From an uncultured Planctomycetaceae bacterium (GTDB taxonomy: Bacteria; Planctomycetota; Phycisphaerae; UBA1845; UTPLA1), in assembly GCA_964470125.1 (NCBI GenBank), contig CAYYBO010000002.1, positions 1 through 51,812 on the forward strand: a DNA stretch of 51,812 nt. Direction: 5' to 3'. Below the pieces are notes generated by a model that saw only the letters and a program-made list of their open reading frames with translations, was not told the DNA's origin and made no database searches. Below are positions 36,834-44,358 of this stretch, piece by piece; positions within the stretch are counted from its first letter, which is position 1, and each line of letters starts with the position of its first letter. The translations under genes were made by a program, and so were the position numbers.

Positions 36834-37356
36834 GGCGTGGGAGCGAGCGCCGGAGTGGGTGCGGGACGAGGGGCGTCGGTGGTACATCAATGCGCAGAAG
36901 CACGCTGACTACATCGCCTTTGCCACTGGCCTGAGTCGCACACAGGCAGCAGGCGTAGTCGCAGCGCTGTCCCCACAGAAATCCTGGACCGAGAACGTGC
37001 GCATCGCTCGGCTCGTCGCTCAGCATAAGTGGGGACACCACACTCGTGCGCAGGAATGGGCGGCGTGTCGCATCATGCTGGGTGAGGACCCCACGCTGGT
37101 GCTCCGTGGCGCGAAGACCCGGGCGTTCTACTGGTCGATCATCGCTCCGCATCACACGCATCGTGAGTGGGGCTGCGTCGACCGCCACATGCTGAAGCTG
37201 GCGGGGCTGGAGCCGTCGCCCAGGGCAACGCAGGTTTGCCAGCGGGCGCTGACGATCCTGGCCCGCATGAGCAACGAAAGTATACCTACCGTACAAGCTG
37301 CGCTGTGGTTGGTTCAGCGGTTCGCTGGTCGGCATCAGCGACTCCTTCCCCTGTAA
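36763..37356 (+). CDS. hypothetical conserved-looking phage protein
   Basis: 197 aa with GGAGGA RBS at 36752-36757. Overlaps the previous ORF by 71 nt. Segments WYINAQKHADYIA...ALSPQKSW...GAKTRAFYW...VDRHM look like a conserved family that I cannot name. Confidence 0.5.
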   Translation: MSNLSSSRRTSHRPVSRILQSYLEAWERAPEWVRDEGRRWYINAQKHADYIAFATGLSRTQAAGVVAALSPQKSWTENVRIARLVAQHKWGHHTRAQEWAACRIMLGEDPTLVLRGAKTRAFYWSIIAPHHTHREWGCVDRHMLKLAGLEPSPRATQVCQRALTILARMSNESIPTVQAALWLVQRFAGRHQRLLPL

Positions 37357-37368
37357 CAGGAGGCCTCT

Positions 37369-37818
37369 ATGAATGACTTTGTGTTATCACAGGAGTGGGC
37401 AGCACTCCCCCGGCGGATGTGGATGCTGCGCTTCAAGGACGGCGCGTTCACTCTTTGCTACACGGAGGCGGTAGCGAAGGAAGAGTTCCAGCGCCTGCCG
37501 CCGGGATACGCCGCCCCGCCGCTGGAAGTCTCCACCACGTGCTTCGCCAAGACCGAATCTCGCCCCACCCGAATCGTGTGCTGCGCTGTGCCTACGCCGC
37601 CGCCCCTAATACGGCCACGGCAGACTGGCGAGTACTCTGTCATGTTGGAGCGTAGTGACGGCACGCTGGTGCCCGTCGAAGGCAACCTGACGGGGCTGTC
37701 GGGACCGGCGTGTAACCGCTGCCTGGCGGACGCCGTGGACTTGTGTGCGGAGATCGACCCGTCGCATAAGCCGTGCATCGTGCGGCGGGTGCCTCTTCAG
37801 AAGGAGGATCGAAAGTGA
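37369..37818 (+). CDS. hypothetical protein
   Basis: 149 aa with AGGAGG RBS at 37358-37363. Confidence 0.55.
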   Translation: MNDFVLSQEWAALPRRMWMLRFKDGAFTLCYTEAVAKEEFQRLPPGYAAPPLEVSTTCFAKTESRPTRIVCCAVPTPPPLIRPRQTGEYSVMLERSDGTLVPVEGNLTGLSGPACNRCLADAVDLCAEIDPSHKPCIVRRVPLQKEDRK

Positions 37819-38027
37819 AGTGGCCCCTGATGTGGAGAAGCACCCACCTAAAAGCGATGGCGGTCGAAAAGCAGGCCTGCAGTGAGCTGCTGCATCGAGC
37901 GACGCTGCTCGCGCACGAGCTGGAACATCTGTCGAGGCAGTACAACATGGTTGTCGCCGAGCTGAACCAGCGCAAGCAGCAGCGGTCCGAGCTGGCCCGA
38001 GCGAAGAGAGCAAGGTTCCGATGCTAG
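37815..38027 (+). CDS. hypothetical coiled-coil protein
   Basis: GTG at 37815 follows AAGGAGGA and overlaps the upstream stop (GTGA). 70 aa. Confidence 0.4.
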   Translation: MKWPLMWRSTHLKAMAVEKQACSELLHRATLLAHELEHLSRQYNMVVAELNQRKQQRSELARAKRARFRC

Positions 38028-38111
38028 TGTCGCTGGTGATCGTGTTGTCTGCGATAGTCGTCGCTTGTGTTCTGTCCCGTGATCGTCAACCCCCACACGA
38101 AGGAGGACCTC

Positions 38112-38636
38112 ATGGCCCATACTGGTAAACTCACCGAAAAGCAGCGGGCTGTATTCACGCGTGTCATCAAGGCCAGGTACGCGGCGCTCTTGTCGTCGCT
38201 ACAGGCGGCGGAGCAGGCATGCATTGGAGCTGGCAACGTGATGAACCCGGCCCGCCCGTTCTATTCCCTCCCTGATTTGCAGCACCCCGAGAGTGTGCAA
38301 CAGTGGGTAGCGGAGTTCCCGCCGGAGATTCAGCCGGCGGTCTCGGCGTACCTGGCTGCCTACTTGAAGCTGGATGCACTGGTCGACGCCGAGAATGACC
38401 GACGGAATGCGGCGAGAGTCGCCAGCCACAAGAAGATTGAAGCGCTGCGGCTCCGGTTGATGGCGGAGCGCGACGAGAAGCTGGTGAACGTCGCATTCGA
38501 TGCCGTCGATGGGGACGCCGTCGGCCAGCTGGCGAAGTACCTGCCTACGATGGACGACCTGCGCCGCATGGTGCAGGAGGCCGGGTTGCCGCTGCAGATC
38601 GCAGCGCCGGCAACGTTGCCGCTGCTCGGTGAGTAG
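38112..38636 (+). CDS. hypothetical protein
   Basis: ATG at 38112 follows GAAGGAGGA. 174 aa. Confidence 0.55.
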   Translation: MAHTGKLTEKQRAVFTRVIKARYAALLSSLQAAEQACIGAGNVMNPARPFYSLPDLQHPESVQQWVAEFPPEIQPAVSAYLAAYLKLDALVDAENDRRNAARVASHKKIEALRLRLMAERDEKLVNVAFDAVDGDAVGQLAKYLPTMDDLRRMVQEAGLPLQIAAPATLPLLGE

Positions 38637-38676
38637 CCGGGTGGCGTTTCTCTTTCACTTCAACCGGAGGCACAGC

Positions 38677-38919
38677 ATGCGCATCAAGAAGATCAACCCG
38701 AAGTTTCTCGGCGTCAAATCGACGGAAGCGCGGCTCAGGATGATGAGCGCGGCTCTGCAGGAGGCCGGGTATGACCGGGCGTGCTACGTCCGGCAGCATC
38801 ACAACCGACAGTGGCACGTCCATCCGCTCGCCGGGGTCGGCAAGCCTGCGGACATCCAAGCGGCCGTAACTCTGCTGAGCGCTTCGGCGGAGCCGGCCAT
38901 GTCGGGCAGCCCGGCCTAG
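38677..38919 (+). CDS. hypothetical protein
   Basis: ATG at 38677 follows GGAGG. 80 aa. Confidence 0.5.
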   Translation: MRIKKINPKFLGVKSTEARLRMMSAALQEAGYDRACYVRQHHNRQWHVHPLAGVGKPADIQAAVTLLSASAEPAMSGSPA

Positions 38920-39000
38920 CCGGCGCCTGACACGCCTTCCATCGGCGAATGATGGGGTCTCGTGCGGCAAGGCCACAGCCCCCTAGGGGGCAGCCGCGCC

Positions 39001-39060
39001 GTGGGTACAGTGTTTCAGACTGGCAGCGACGCTGCGGGGGTTCGACTCCCCCTGCCCACT
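39001..39060 (+). ncRNA. non-canonical 60-nt tRNA-like element (perfect acceptor and T arms, no 7-nt anticodon loop in the central arm)
   Basis: Hand fold: GTGGGTA / CAGT-GTTTCAG-ACTG / GCAGC-GAC-GCTGC / GGGGG-TTCGACT-CCCCC / TGCCCAC + T. The T-loop matches the GGTTCGAnTCC tRNA hallmark. It lies in a 157-bp intergenic gap. Confidence 0.4.
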
Positions 39061-39076
39061 TAGAAAGGAGACACCG

Positions 39077-39514
39077 ATGATCTACGTTACGCTTGTGCGG
39101 ACTGATCGAGTAGGGTTCTCGGCCATCGCGGCGGTGAGTTGGAAGGACGAGCAGGACATAGAGCCGCTGAGTGTGGGCTACGACGGCGTGCAGCGCAAGC
39201 GCTCCAAGCGAGAGACGGCCAGCGAGTACGTGGCCTACCAAGCATCTCACGGCAAGTCGGTTCGGATGGTGCCTGCGTGGTGTGTCGACCGATTGCTGCA
39301 GGCGAACGGCGGGCTCCTCGGTGACGATGCCCGCCGACTGGTCGCGGAGCTGGCAATCCCTCAGCCAGTAGACGCCGCGAAGTCTGCAGCCCGTAGCGGG
39401 GCCGCCCCCAAACCAGTCGAATTCCAAGCGGAAGTGGACTCCACCCGGATGACTCCGGCGGAGTTCGAGCAGCACATGAAGCGCAAGTTCCAGAAAGCGT
39501 GGGACACGTGGTGA
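39077..39514 (+). CDS. hypothetical protein
   Basis: 145 aa with AAAGGAG RBS at 39064-39070. Confidence 0.55.
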   Translation: MIYVTLVRTDRVGFSAIAAVSWKDEQDIEPLSVGYDGVQRKRSKRETASEYVAYQASHGKSVRMVPAWCVDRLLQANGGLLGDDARRLVAELAIPQPVDAAKSAARSGAAPKPVEFQAEVDSTRMTPAEFEQHMKRKFQKAWDTW

Positions 39515-39537
39515 CCACCACAGAAAGGACGACTACC

Positions 39538-39786
39538 ATGCGCATGAAGGGACCGTGTTACCAAGTGATCGTCCTGATGGACGACGGCGAAGACTTGCCT
39601 TTCGGATTGTACCGGGATGAGGCGGCTGCGGCGGAGGCGGCCGGGGCGCTCCGTCGGGGCGACGTGCTGGGAGCGCCGGTGAAGACGATGCTTGCCGCTG
39701 ACTCCGACGAGCCGACGGGCGTCGGCATCTACGAGTACCAGGACGGGGCCTTCGTCGGCCGCAGAATGGTGAAGACCTTCCCATGA
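39538..39786 (+). CDS. hypothetical protein
   Basis: ATG at 39538 follows GAAAGGA. 82 aa. Confidence 0.45.
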   Translation: MRMKGPCYQVIVLMDDGEDLPFGLYRDEAAAAEAAGALRRGDVLGAPVKTMLAADSDEPTGVGIYEYQDGAFVGRRMVKTFP

Positions 39787-39832
39787 GCGTTCAGCGGGTA
39801 CACTACGGTGCGGTCTTTCTAGGAGGCTCCGC

Positions 39833-40285
39833 ATGGTCGTCAACTGTGCGTCGTACTTGAGAGTCTTGATTGACACTGAGACCCGGGAGCAACATCAGCG
39901 GAAGGTGGCTGCGCGGGTGCGTCGGAGGTTCCCGAGAGCGGCCAGCATCGTGTGCACGGGAGTGAGCGGGCTGTTGATTGGACCCGCCGTGGCGACGCTG
40001 CTGAAGCTGCCACTCGTGGTGGTCCGTCGAAAAGGCGACCCGTCTCACTCTAGTCGGCCCTGCGAAGGAGATCGCGTCGACCCGTATGTGATTGTTGACG
40101 ACCTGACGGCTTCGGGGGCTACCATAGCTCGTATCTGCGACGCGCTCGGTGATCCGACGGGGCGCCACTGCGTGGGCGTGGTGACGCTGGGAAACGGGAA
40201 CTCAAACGGCTGGGACTACCTAACAGCCCTGCCGAAGCGGTTCGCGAAGCGGAAGCTGGTTTCCTGCGAAGTTCCTCTTATCTGA
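39833..40285 (+). CDS. small type I phosphoribosyltransferase (Gpt/Apt-like size and layout)
   Basis: 150 aa with AGGAGG RBS. IVCTGVSGLLIGPAVATLLKLPLVVVRRKG, plus the PRPP-binding loop YVIVDDLTASGATI. Confidence 0.65.
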   Translation: MVVNCASYLRVLIDTETREQHQRKVAARVRRRFPRAASIVCTGVSGLLIGPAVATLLKLPLVVVRRKGDPSHSSRPCEGDRVDPYVIVDDLTASGATIARICDALGDPTGRHCVGVVTLGNGNSNGWDYLTALPKRFAKRKLVSCEVPLI

Positions 40286-40297
40286 AAGGCGACTGAC

Positions 40298-40573
40298 ATG
40301 GAGATTGGTAATATTGTTGACCCACGGCTGGAGAGGGGCTCACAGAAGTACATTGATCGGCTGCGGACGCGTCCCGGTAGTCTGGAGGCTCTTCAGGCGG
40401 CGGCCGATCTGGCGTGTCTCCTGTACCAGACGAACCGGCCGATCCCTGTGGAGATCATGAAGGCGGTGGTGTACGCGGCGTGGTCGCTGGTCCAGGTCGT
40501 CCGGGCGAACCAATCGGTGGACCCACCGAAAACCGCAGCCCCGGCGCCGGGCGAAGGCGGGGGTGCCGTATGA
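40298..40573 (+). CDS. hypothetical 91-aa protein translationally coupled to the radical-SAM gene
   Basis: Its stop overlaps the radical-SAM start (ATGA at 40570). Helical N-terminus and a P/A/G-rich C-terminal tail. Confidence 0.5.
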   Translation: MEIGNIVDPRLERGSQKYIDRLRTRPGSLEALQAAADLACLLYQTNRPIPVEIMKAVVYAAWSLVQVVRANQSVDPPKTAAPAPGEGGGAV

Positions 40574-41754
40574 TTCACCTGATTGATTGCGTCGAACCGA
40601 ATCGCTTCGAGCTGTTCCTGCGGAAGCACGTCTACCCCAAGATACCCGGCTACCAGCTGCCGACGGGGCCGATGGAGCTGCCGGTGTGGGCGGCTCGCCT
40701 GCTGAGTCTGCCGCGGTTGATGGAGTATCGCTGCATCCACCATGCCCGCGACCTGTTCCCGGTGTTCAGTGAGCGACGACTCGACCTGGACGTGTACGTG
40801 TTCGCGATCAGCTCGGATAACGCCGCGCTGGTGCTCCAGTGCCTGAAGGAGTGCTCGGAGATCGGGTGCCAGGCGTACGTCGGCGGCTCGTTTGGGGCGT
40901 TCGAGTCGCTCGGGGCTGCCGCGGCCGGGACAGGAGCGGTGTGGTGCAACTCCCTGGAGCAGCTAGCGGAGAAGCTGGTAGACCGGCCAGCCCGTCTGTA
41001 TGAGGAGTGGGGCCGGCTACCCAGCGGGACGGTCATGCGGCTGCGAGTGGACGGTGCGTGCCCGTGGGGCAGCTGCATCTTCTGCTATGGAATTCCGCAG
41101 CAGGCGAACTCGTCGATGGACGCGACGGCCGTGCGGCGGCGGGCGGCGGCGTTGGGAGCGGTGCGGCCGAGCTACGTCTATTGGGACGAGAAGATGTTCC
41201 CGTGGACCGAAGACCGCTCGCAGCTCATGGAGAGCCTCTTAAGCCACGAGCTTCGCGGGGCTCGCGGCTTCGTGGTCCAGACGAACCCCCGGTGGCTACC
41301 GGACCCACGGACAGGAACGTATGCGTGGACGGCGGTGCGGGTTGTGGAACTCGGGCTGGAGGCATTCAACGAGTCGGCGCTCGTCTTCCTGAACAAGCCG
41401 CACGCCCTCATGTCGGACAAAGACTACTCGGAGCGGCTGCAGTGGGTGGGGCTGGCGCTCGGTGCTTATGTGCTGCCGTACATCCTGCTGGGCGTGCCGA
41501 AGCAGCCGCCGGGCGAAGTCGTCGAGGAACTCACCTGGATGAAGCGGATGTTCGGGGATAGGCTGCCGGGCGTCCAGTTGAACTGGTTGGCGGCGTATCC
41601 GGGCACCCGGCTGGAGAGCTGGTGCGAGAGGCGCTTCGGCCACGTCACCGCCGCCGACCGTAGCCAGCTCACTCACGACAAGACCTGGCTCACCGAAGAC
41701 GAGCAACAGGCCTGGCTCACGGCAGAGCGTGACATCATGGGGATGTTCGCCTGA
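40570..41754 (+). CDS. radical SAM enzyme with N-terminal B12-binding-like domain and a variant Cx4Cx2C cluster motif
   Basis: 394 aa.
- Rossmann-like N-terminal region: DVYVFAISSDNAALVLQCLKE...AYVGGSFGA.
- Cluster motif: DGACPWGSCIFCYG (41059-41085).
- VELGLEAFNESAL, YILLGVPKQPPGE and AAYPGTRL match the class B radical-SAM layout. Confidence 0.6.
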   Translation: MIHLIDCVEPNRFELFLRKHVYPKIPGYQLPTGPMELPVWAARLLSLPRLMEYRCIHHARDLFPVFSERRLDLDVYVFAISSDNAALVLQCLKECSEIGCQAYVGGSFGAFESLGAAAAGTGAVWCNSLEQLAEKLVDRPARLYEEWGRLPSGTVMRLRVDGACPWGSCIFCYGIPQQANSSMDATAVRRRAAALGAVRPSYVYWDEKMFPWTEDRSQLMESLLSHELRGARGFVVQTNPRWLPDPRTGTYAWTAVRVVELGLEAFNESALVFLNKPHALMSDKDYSERLQWVGLALGAYVLPYILLGVPKQPPGEVVEELTWMKRMFGDRLPGVQLNWLAAYPGTRLESWCERRFGHVTAADRSQLTHDKTWLTEDEQQAWLTAERDIMGMFA

Positions 41755-41785
41755 AACGGCAAGGGCGTCTCTTAGGAGTGCAGCG

Positions 41786-42250
41786 ATGTGTTTAAGCACC
41801 GCAACCAAAATCGCCAAGCCGCATAGCGGCTACGGCTACAAGGTCGTGCGAGTTTGCGTCGGCCCGAGGGGAAAACTCAGGTGGCGCTCGCTCTACTTCG
41901 GCAGGACGTGGAGGCCCGTCAAGAAGTGGTGCAGGGCGCGCCGAGTGCACCTCTGTCCCGAGTCGATGTGGGGTAAGTTTTACTTGTCGGGCTTTCATAT
42001 GCTGAAGCAGCTGGCGGACGTCGAGAAGTACGTCGGACTCGCCGATCGGGGTTGGTGGCCGCGGCGCGGGTCGGAGCGCTGGTGGAAGATGATCGCCGCG
42101 AAGGTATGTCGCCACCACGCTGTGGTGCGCGTCAAGTTCGAGGGCGCGGACTGGTGGGGGTTGGACGACACCGGACAGAAGGACGGCGCGAGAGCGGTAG
42201 TTGCTCCACGCATGATGGTCGAGAAAATCCTGTGTGAAGGGACACGGTAG
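41786..42250 (+). CDS. hypothetical W/R-rich protein starting Met-Cys
   Basis: ATG at 41786 follows AGGAG. 154 aa. GYGYKVVRV...LSGFHMLKQLADVEKYV resembles widespread uncharacterised phage proteins with a G-Y-K-V...G-F-H pattern. Confidence 0.5.
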   Translation: MCLSTATKIAKPHSGYGYKVVRVCVGPRGKLRWRSLYFGRTWRPVKKWCRARRVHLCPESMWGKFYLSGFHMLKQLADVEKYVGLADRGWWPRRGSERWWKMIAAKVCRHHAVVRVKFEGADWWGLDDTGQKDGARAVVAPRMMVEKILCEGTR

Positions 42251-42362
42251 TAAAGAGACCAGAGCAACGAAGGTTTCCGTAGGCCGGGCCGATTGCGGAG
42301 TGAGGATGCTCGACGGAGCCGCAGCGTAGCGGCGACAATCCAACCCCGACAGGGAGAACCCC

Positions 42363-42560
42363 ATGAAAACCCGGCTGAAGTGGAGAGTTGTTGGTCACGA
42401 TGAGGACACCCAGTGCTATCACTGTGGTCGCGAGCTGATGTGGGGCGATACGGTCCTCAAGGACACGAATGGCCTGGACGGACCGGAACGCGTCTTCTGC
42501 AACCGCTACTGTGCCGACGCGTCCGAACGCGACCCCGAGAGAGAGGCGGTGCTCGATTGA
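42363..42560 (+). CDS. small zinc-binding protein
   Basis: 65 aa with CYHC...CNRYC. Confidence 0.5.
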   Translation: MKTRLKWRVVGHDEDTQCYHCGRELMWGDTVLKDTNGLDGPERVFCNRYCADASERDPEREAVLD

Positions 42561-42814
42561 TCCGCACGCGTGCAAGACTGACGTACGACGTTACGGTCGT
42601 GCTGAGCGGTGGCCGGACAGCGACGTGGCCTATCCGGGCGATGGATTGGCAGGCCGCACAGCGGCAGGCGATCCGGCTTGCCCGCCGTCGCGGTAGCACG
42701 GTGCACGTCACGAAGATCGTGGTGGAGCGAGACAGCTTGGGGCCGCTGGGCCGCAAGGCAACCGGGGTGCCGGTGGTGCCGTCACCACTCGGACCCGGAT
42801 TCGTCGTGGCATAG
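42557..42814 (+). CDS. hypothetical protein (start uncertain; possible TTG at 42557)
   Basis: The open frame continues from the upstream stop overlap (TTGA). The first ATG (MDWQAAQ) lies further in. About 85 aa. Confidence 0.3.
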   Translation: MIRTRARLTYDVTVVLSGGRTATWPIRAMDWQAAQRQAIRLARRRGSTVHVTKIVVERDSLGPLGRKATGVPVVPSPLGPGFVVA

Positions 42815-42850
42815 CGTTGTGGCATAGCGGCCACAGAAAGGCAGGACAAC

Positions 42851-43114
42851 ATGGCATGGGACAAGTGGGTTGTGACCGTGGCTTTGCCGTTCAATCAGCG
42901 GGAGCCTCGGCTGCGGCAAGTGCACGTCCGAACGGAGTATCGAGCGTTCGCGATGCCCCTGGCCGTTACGAAGCTCGCATGGGAGGAGGGCGAGTACGGC
43001 TGGAGCGTCGGCGTGGTGCCGGACGTGGAGGAACGGGGCGGCCGCTACCCCTATCCGAATGGCCGCTACCCGCTGCCGCAGAGCACGGACGGACGCGGAC
43101 GGCTGCCCAACTGA
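42851..43114 (+). CDS. hypothetical protein
   Basis: 87 aa with an AAAGG-type RBS. Confidence 0.45.
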   Translation: MAWDKWVVTVALPFNQREPRLRQVHVRTEYRAFAMPLAVTKLAWEEGEYGWSVGVVPDVEERGGRYPYPNGRYPLPQSTDGRGRLPN

Positions 43115-43349
43115 GCTACGAGGAGCGTAGTAACGCTACTACGTTCATAGTAGTTCGGCTCGTAAAGCTCCGGCCCATAAGAGGTTAGGGCAGGTAGTAG
43201 TTGTAGCGGCAACGCCAGTTTAGAAGGCCTGGGCCGTCCGGCGGCGGAGAATGCGTGCGGGCGGGAAGGTCTGTGACAAGTCCATCGGGTTCAAGCGTCT
43301 TGCGGCGGTACGCGTAAACCGCCGCTGTTCCCCAACCATAAGGTGCAAA

Positions 43350-43823
43350 ATGTCCAGTAAGGCAAAAGTCGTATCAACGTCAGTCGCCCCCGAACACGTG
43401 GTAGTTGACACTTCCGGCATTCCGCTAATCCGCAAGGCGGCTGCCGCGAAAGCTGCCGACAATCAGAGGGTCCTGCGGACCGTCTTTGGGGGACTGTTCA
43501 ACGTGGTCCTCTACTCACGGACCAAAGGCCGGGACAAGGGTATCGACCAGCCTTATCTGAAACCCGCCGACGATGCTGGCGGTTTCGGCCCGATGACCCG
43601 GCTCGACGTTGCGGTGCCGCTGTTCGCAGCATTCCAGCAGTACCCGGATGACGCCGCATTTCTGGTGTCGCTGTTCAGGCAGTACTACAACCAGAATCCG
43701 GGACACTCGGCGACCCCGCAGGAAGTTGAATTGCTCCAACACAACGCCAAGCTGGAGCGTGAGCTTCAGGAGCTTAAGGCCATGGTCAAGGCAGCTTTCG
43801 CTAAGGGCAAGGCCAGCGAGTAA
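43350..43823 (+). CDS. hypothetical protein, last gene before the terminator
   Basis: ATG at 43350 follows AAGGTG. 157 aa with a C-terminal coiled coil. Preceded by a 235-bp repeat-containing gap. Confidence 0.55.
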   Translation: MSSKAKVVSTSVAPEHVVVDTSGIPLIRKAAAAKAADNQRVLRTVFGGLFNVVLYSRTKGRDKGIDQPYLKPADDAGGFGPMTRLDVAVPLFAAFQQYPDDAAFLVSLFRQYYNQNPGHSATPQEVELLQHNAKLERELQELKAMVKAAFAKGKASE

Positions 43824-43844
43824 CCCCCCCCGGCTCACGCAACG

Positions 43845-43888
43845 CCCCCCTGTCTGCGGGTTCATCCTGCGGGCAGGGGGGTTTTTTT
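43845..43888 (+). terminator. strong rho-independent terminator
   Basis: CCCCCCTGTCTGCGGG (43845-43860) pairs with CCTGCGGGCAGGGGGG (43866-43881). 16-bp stem with 3 G-U pairs and a 5-nt loop. Followed by T7 (43882-43888). Confidence 0.85.
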
Positions 43889-43942
43889 ATGTCTTGGCGG
43901 AAGTCCGCAGACAAGAGGGGGGCAGGGGGCGGGGGGTTCCTA

Positions 43943-44013
43943 CCCTAACATTAACCTAACGCCCGTACGCGGCGCCCTAACGCCAACCTAACGCGGTAAA
44001 TCGTACCCTAACG
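43943..44013 (+). repeat. array of five direct (C/A)CCTAAC(G) iteron-like repeats with helical phasing
   Basis: CCTAAC starts at 43944, 43955, 43976, 43987 and 44007, giving spacings of 11, 21, 11 and 20 bp. An inverted pair CCCTAAC-aggc-GTTAGGG lies at 44605-44622. Confidence 0.8.
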
Positions 44014-44327
44014 ATGCTAATAGTAACGCCCGGAGGTTTGGTTCCGCCCCCGCGACGCCTGCAGGCCGGGGGGTAAGGCCAAGTTTTTCCACGGCAATCC
44101 CCCCGCGATCCGCTGCCCCCTCGCGCCCTGCCACCACAAAGCCTGCAGCCCCCCTCACTTACCTCCAATTTGTGGGTGGTCCCGCCTCTAAGTGTTGTGG
44201 TGGCCGCCACTTACCGCTGCGGCTCCCTCAGCTTTCCCCTAATTAGGGACACCCAGCACTTTTTCCCGTTTCCGGAAGAAGCCCCTGGCGCGCTGGAAAC
44301 GCCTCTGGACAAAAGGATATTTAGAGG

Positions 44328-44358
44328 TGGTCCATATCATGTGGACCATGTCCGATTT
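44328..44358. promoter_or_regulatory. left 31-bp composite operator: TGGTCCA-N7-TGGACCA palindrome plus TGTCCGATTT
   Basis: Read directly. The 17-nt tggaccatgtccgattt (44342-44358) is the exact reverse complement of 44756-44772. Confidence 0.6.

Noticed and set aside
38986-39060. Canonical 75-nt tRNA using the alternative 5' acceptor strand GGGGGCA (38986-38992).
   Set aside because: The acceptor would have a G-A mismatch. I could not fold the 43-nt interior into a D arm plus a 5-bp/7-nt anticodon arm with a 4-5-nt variable loop. Only the 60-nt non-canonical fold is base-paired throughout. Needs tRNAscan-SE/ARAGORN to settle.
39008-39060. tRNA 3' fragment as a phage attP core for integration into a host tRNA gene.
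   Set aside because: I recognised no integrase or excisionase anywhere in the genome. The fragment also has its own perfectly matching 5' acceptor strand, which an attP remnant would not need. Not fully excluded without a host-genome search.
43909-43938. G-quadruplex from the G-runs gaGGGGGGcaGGGGGcGGGGGG just after the terminator.
   Set aside because: There are only three closely spaced G-runs of 3 or more. A fourth would have to come from the terminator stem. At best this is a weak or alternative structure.
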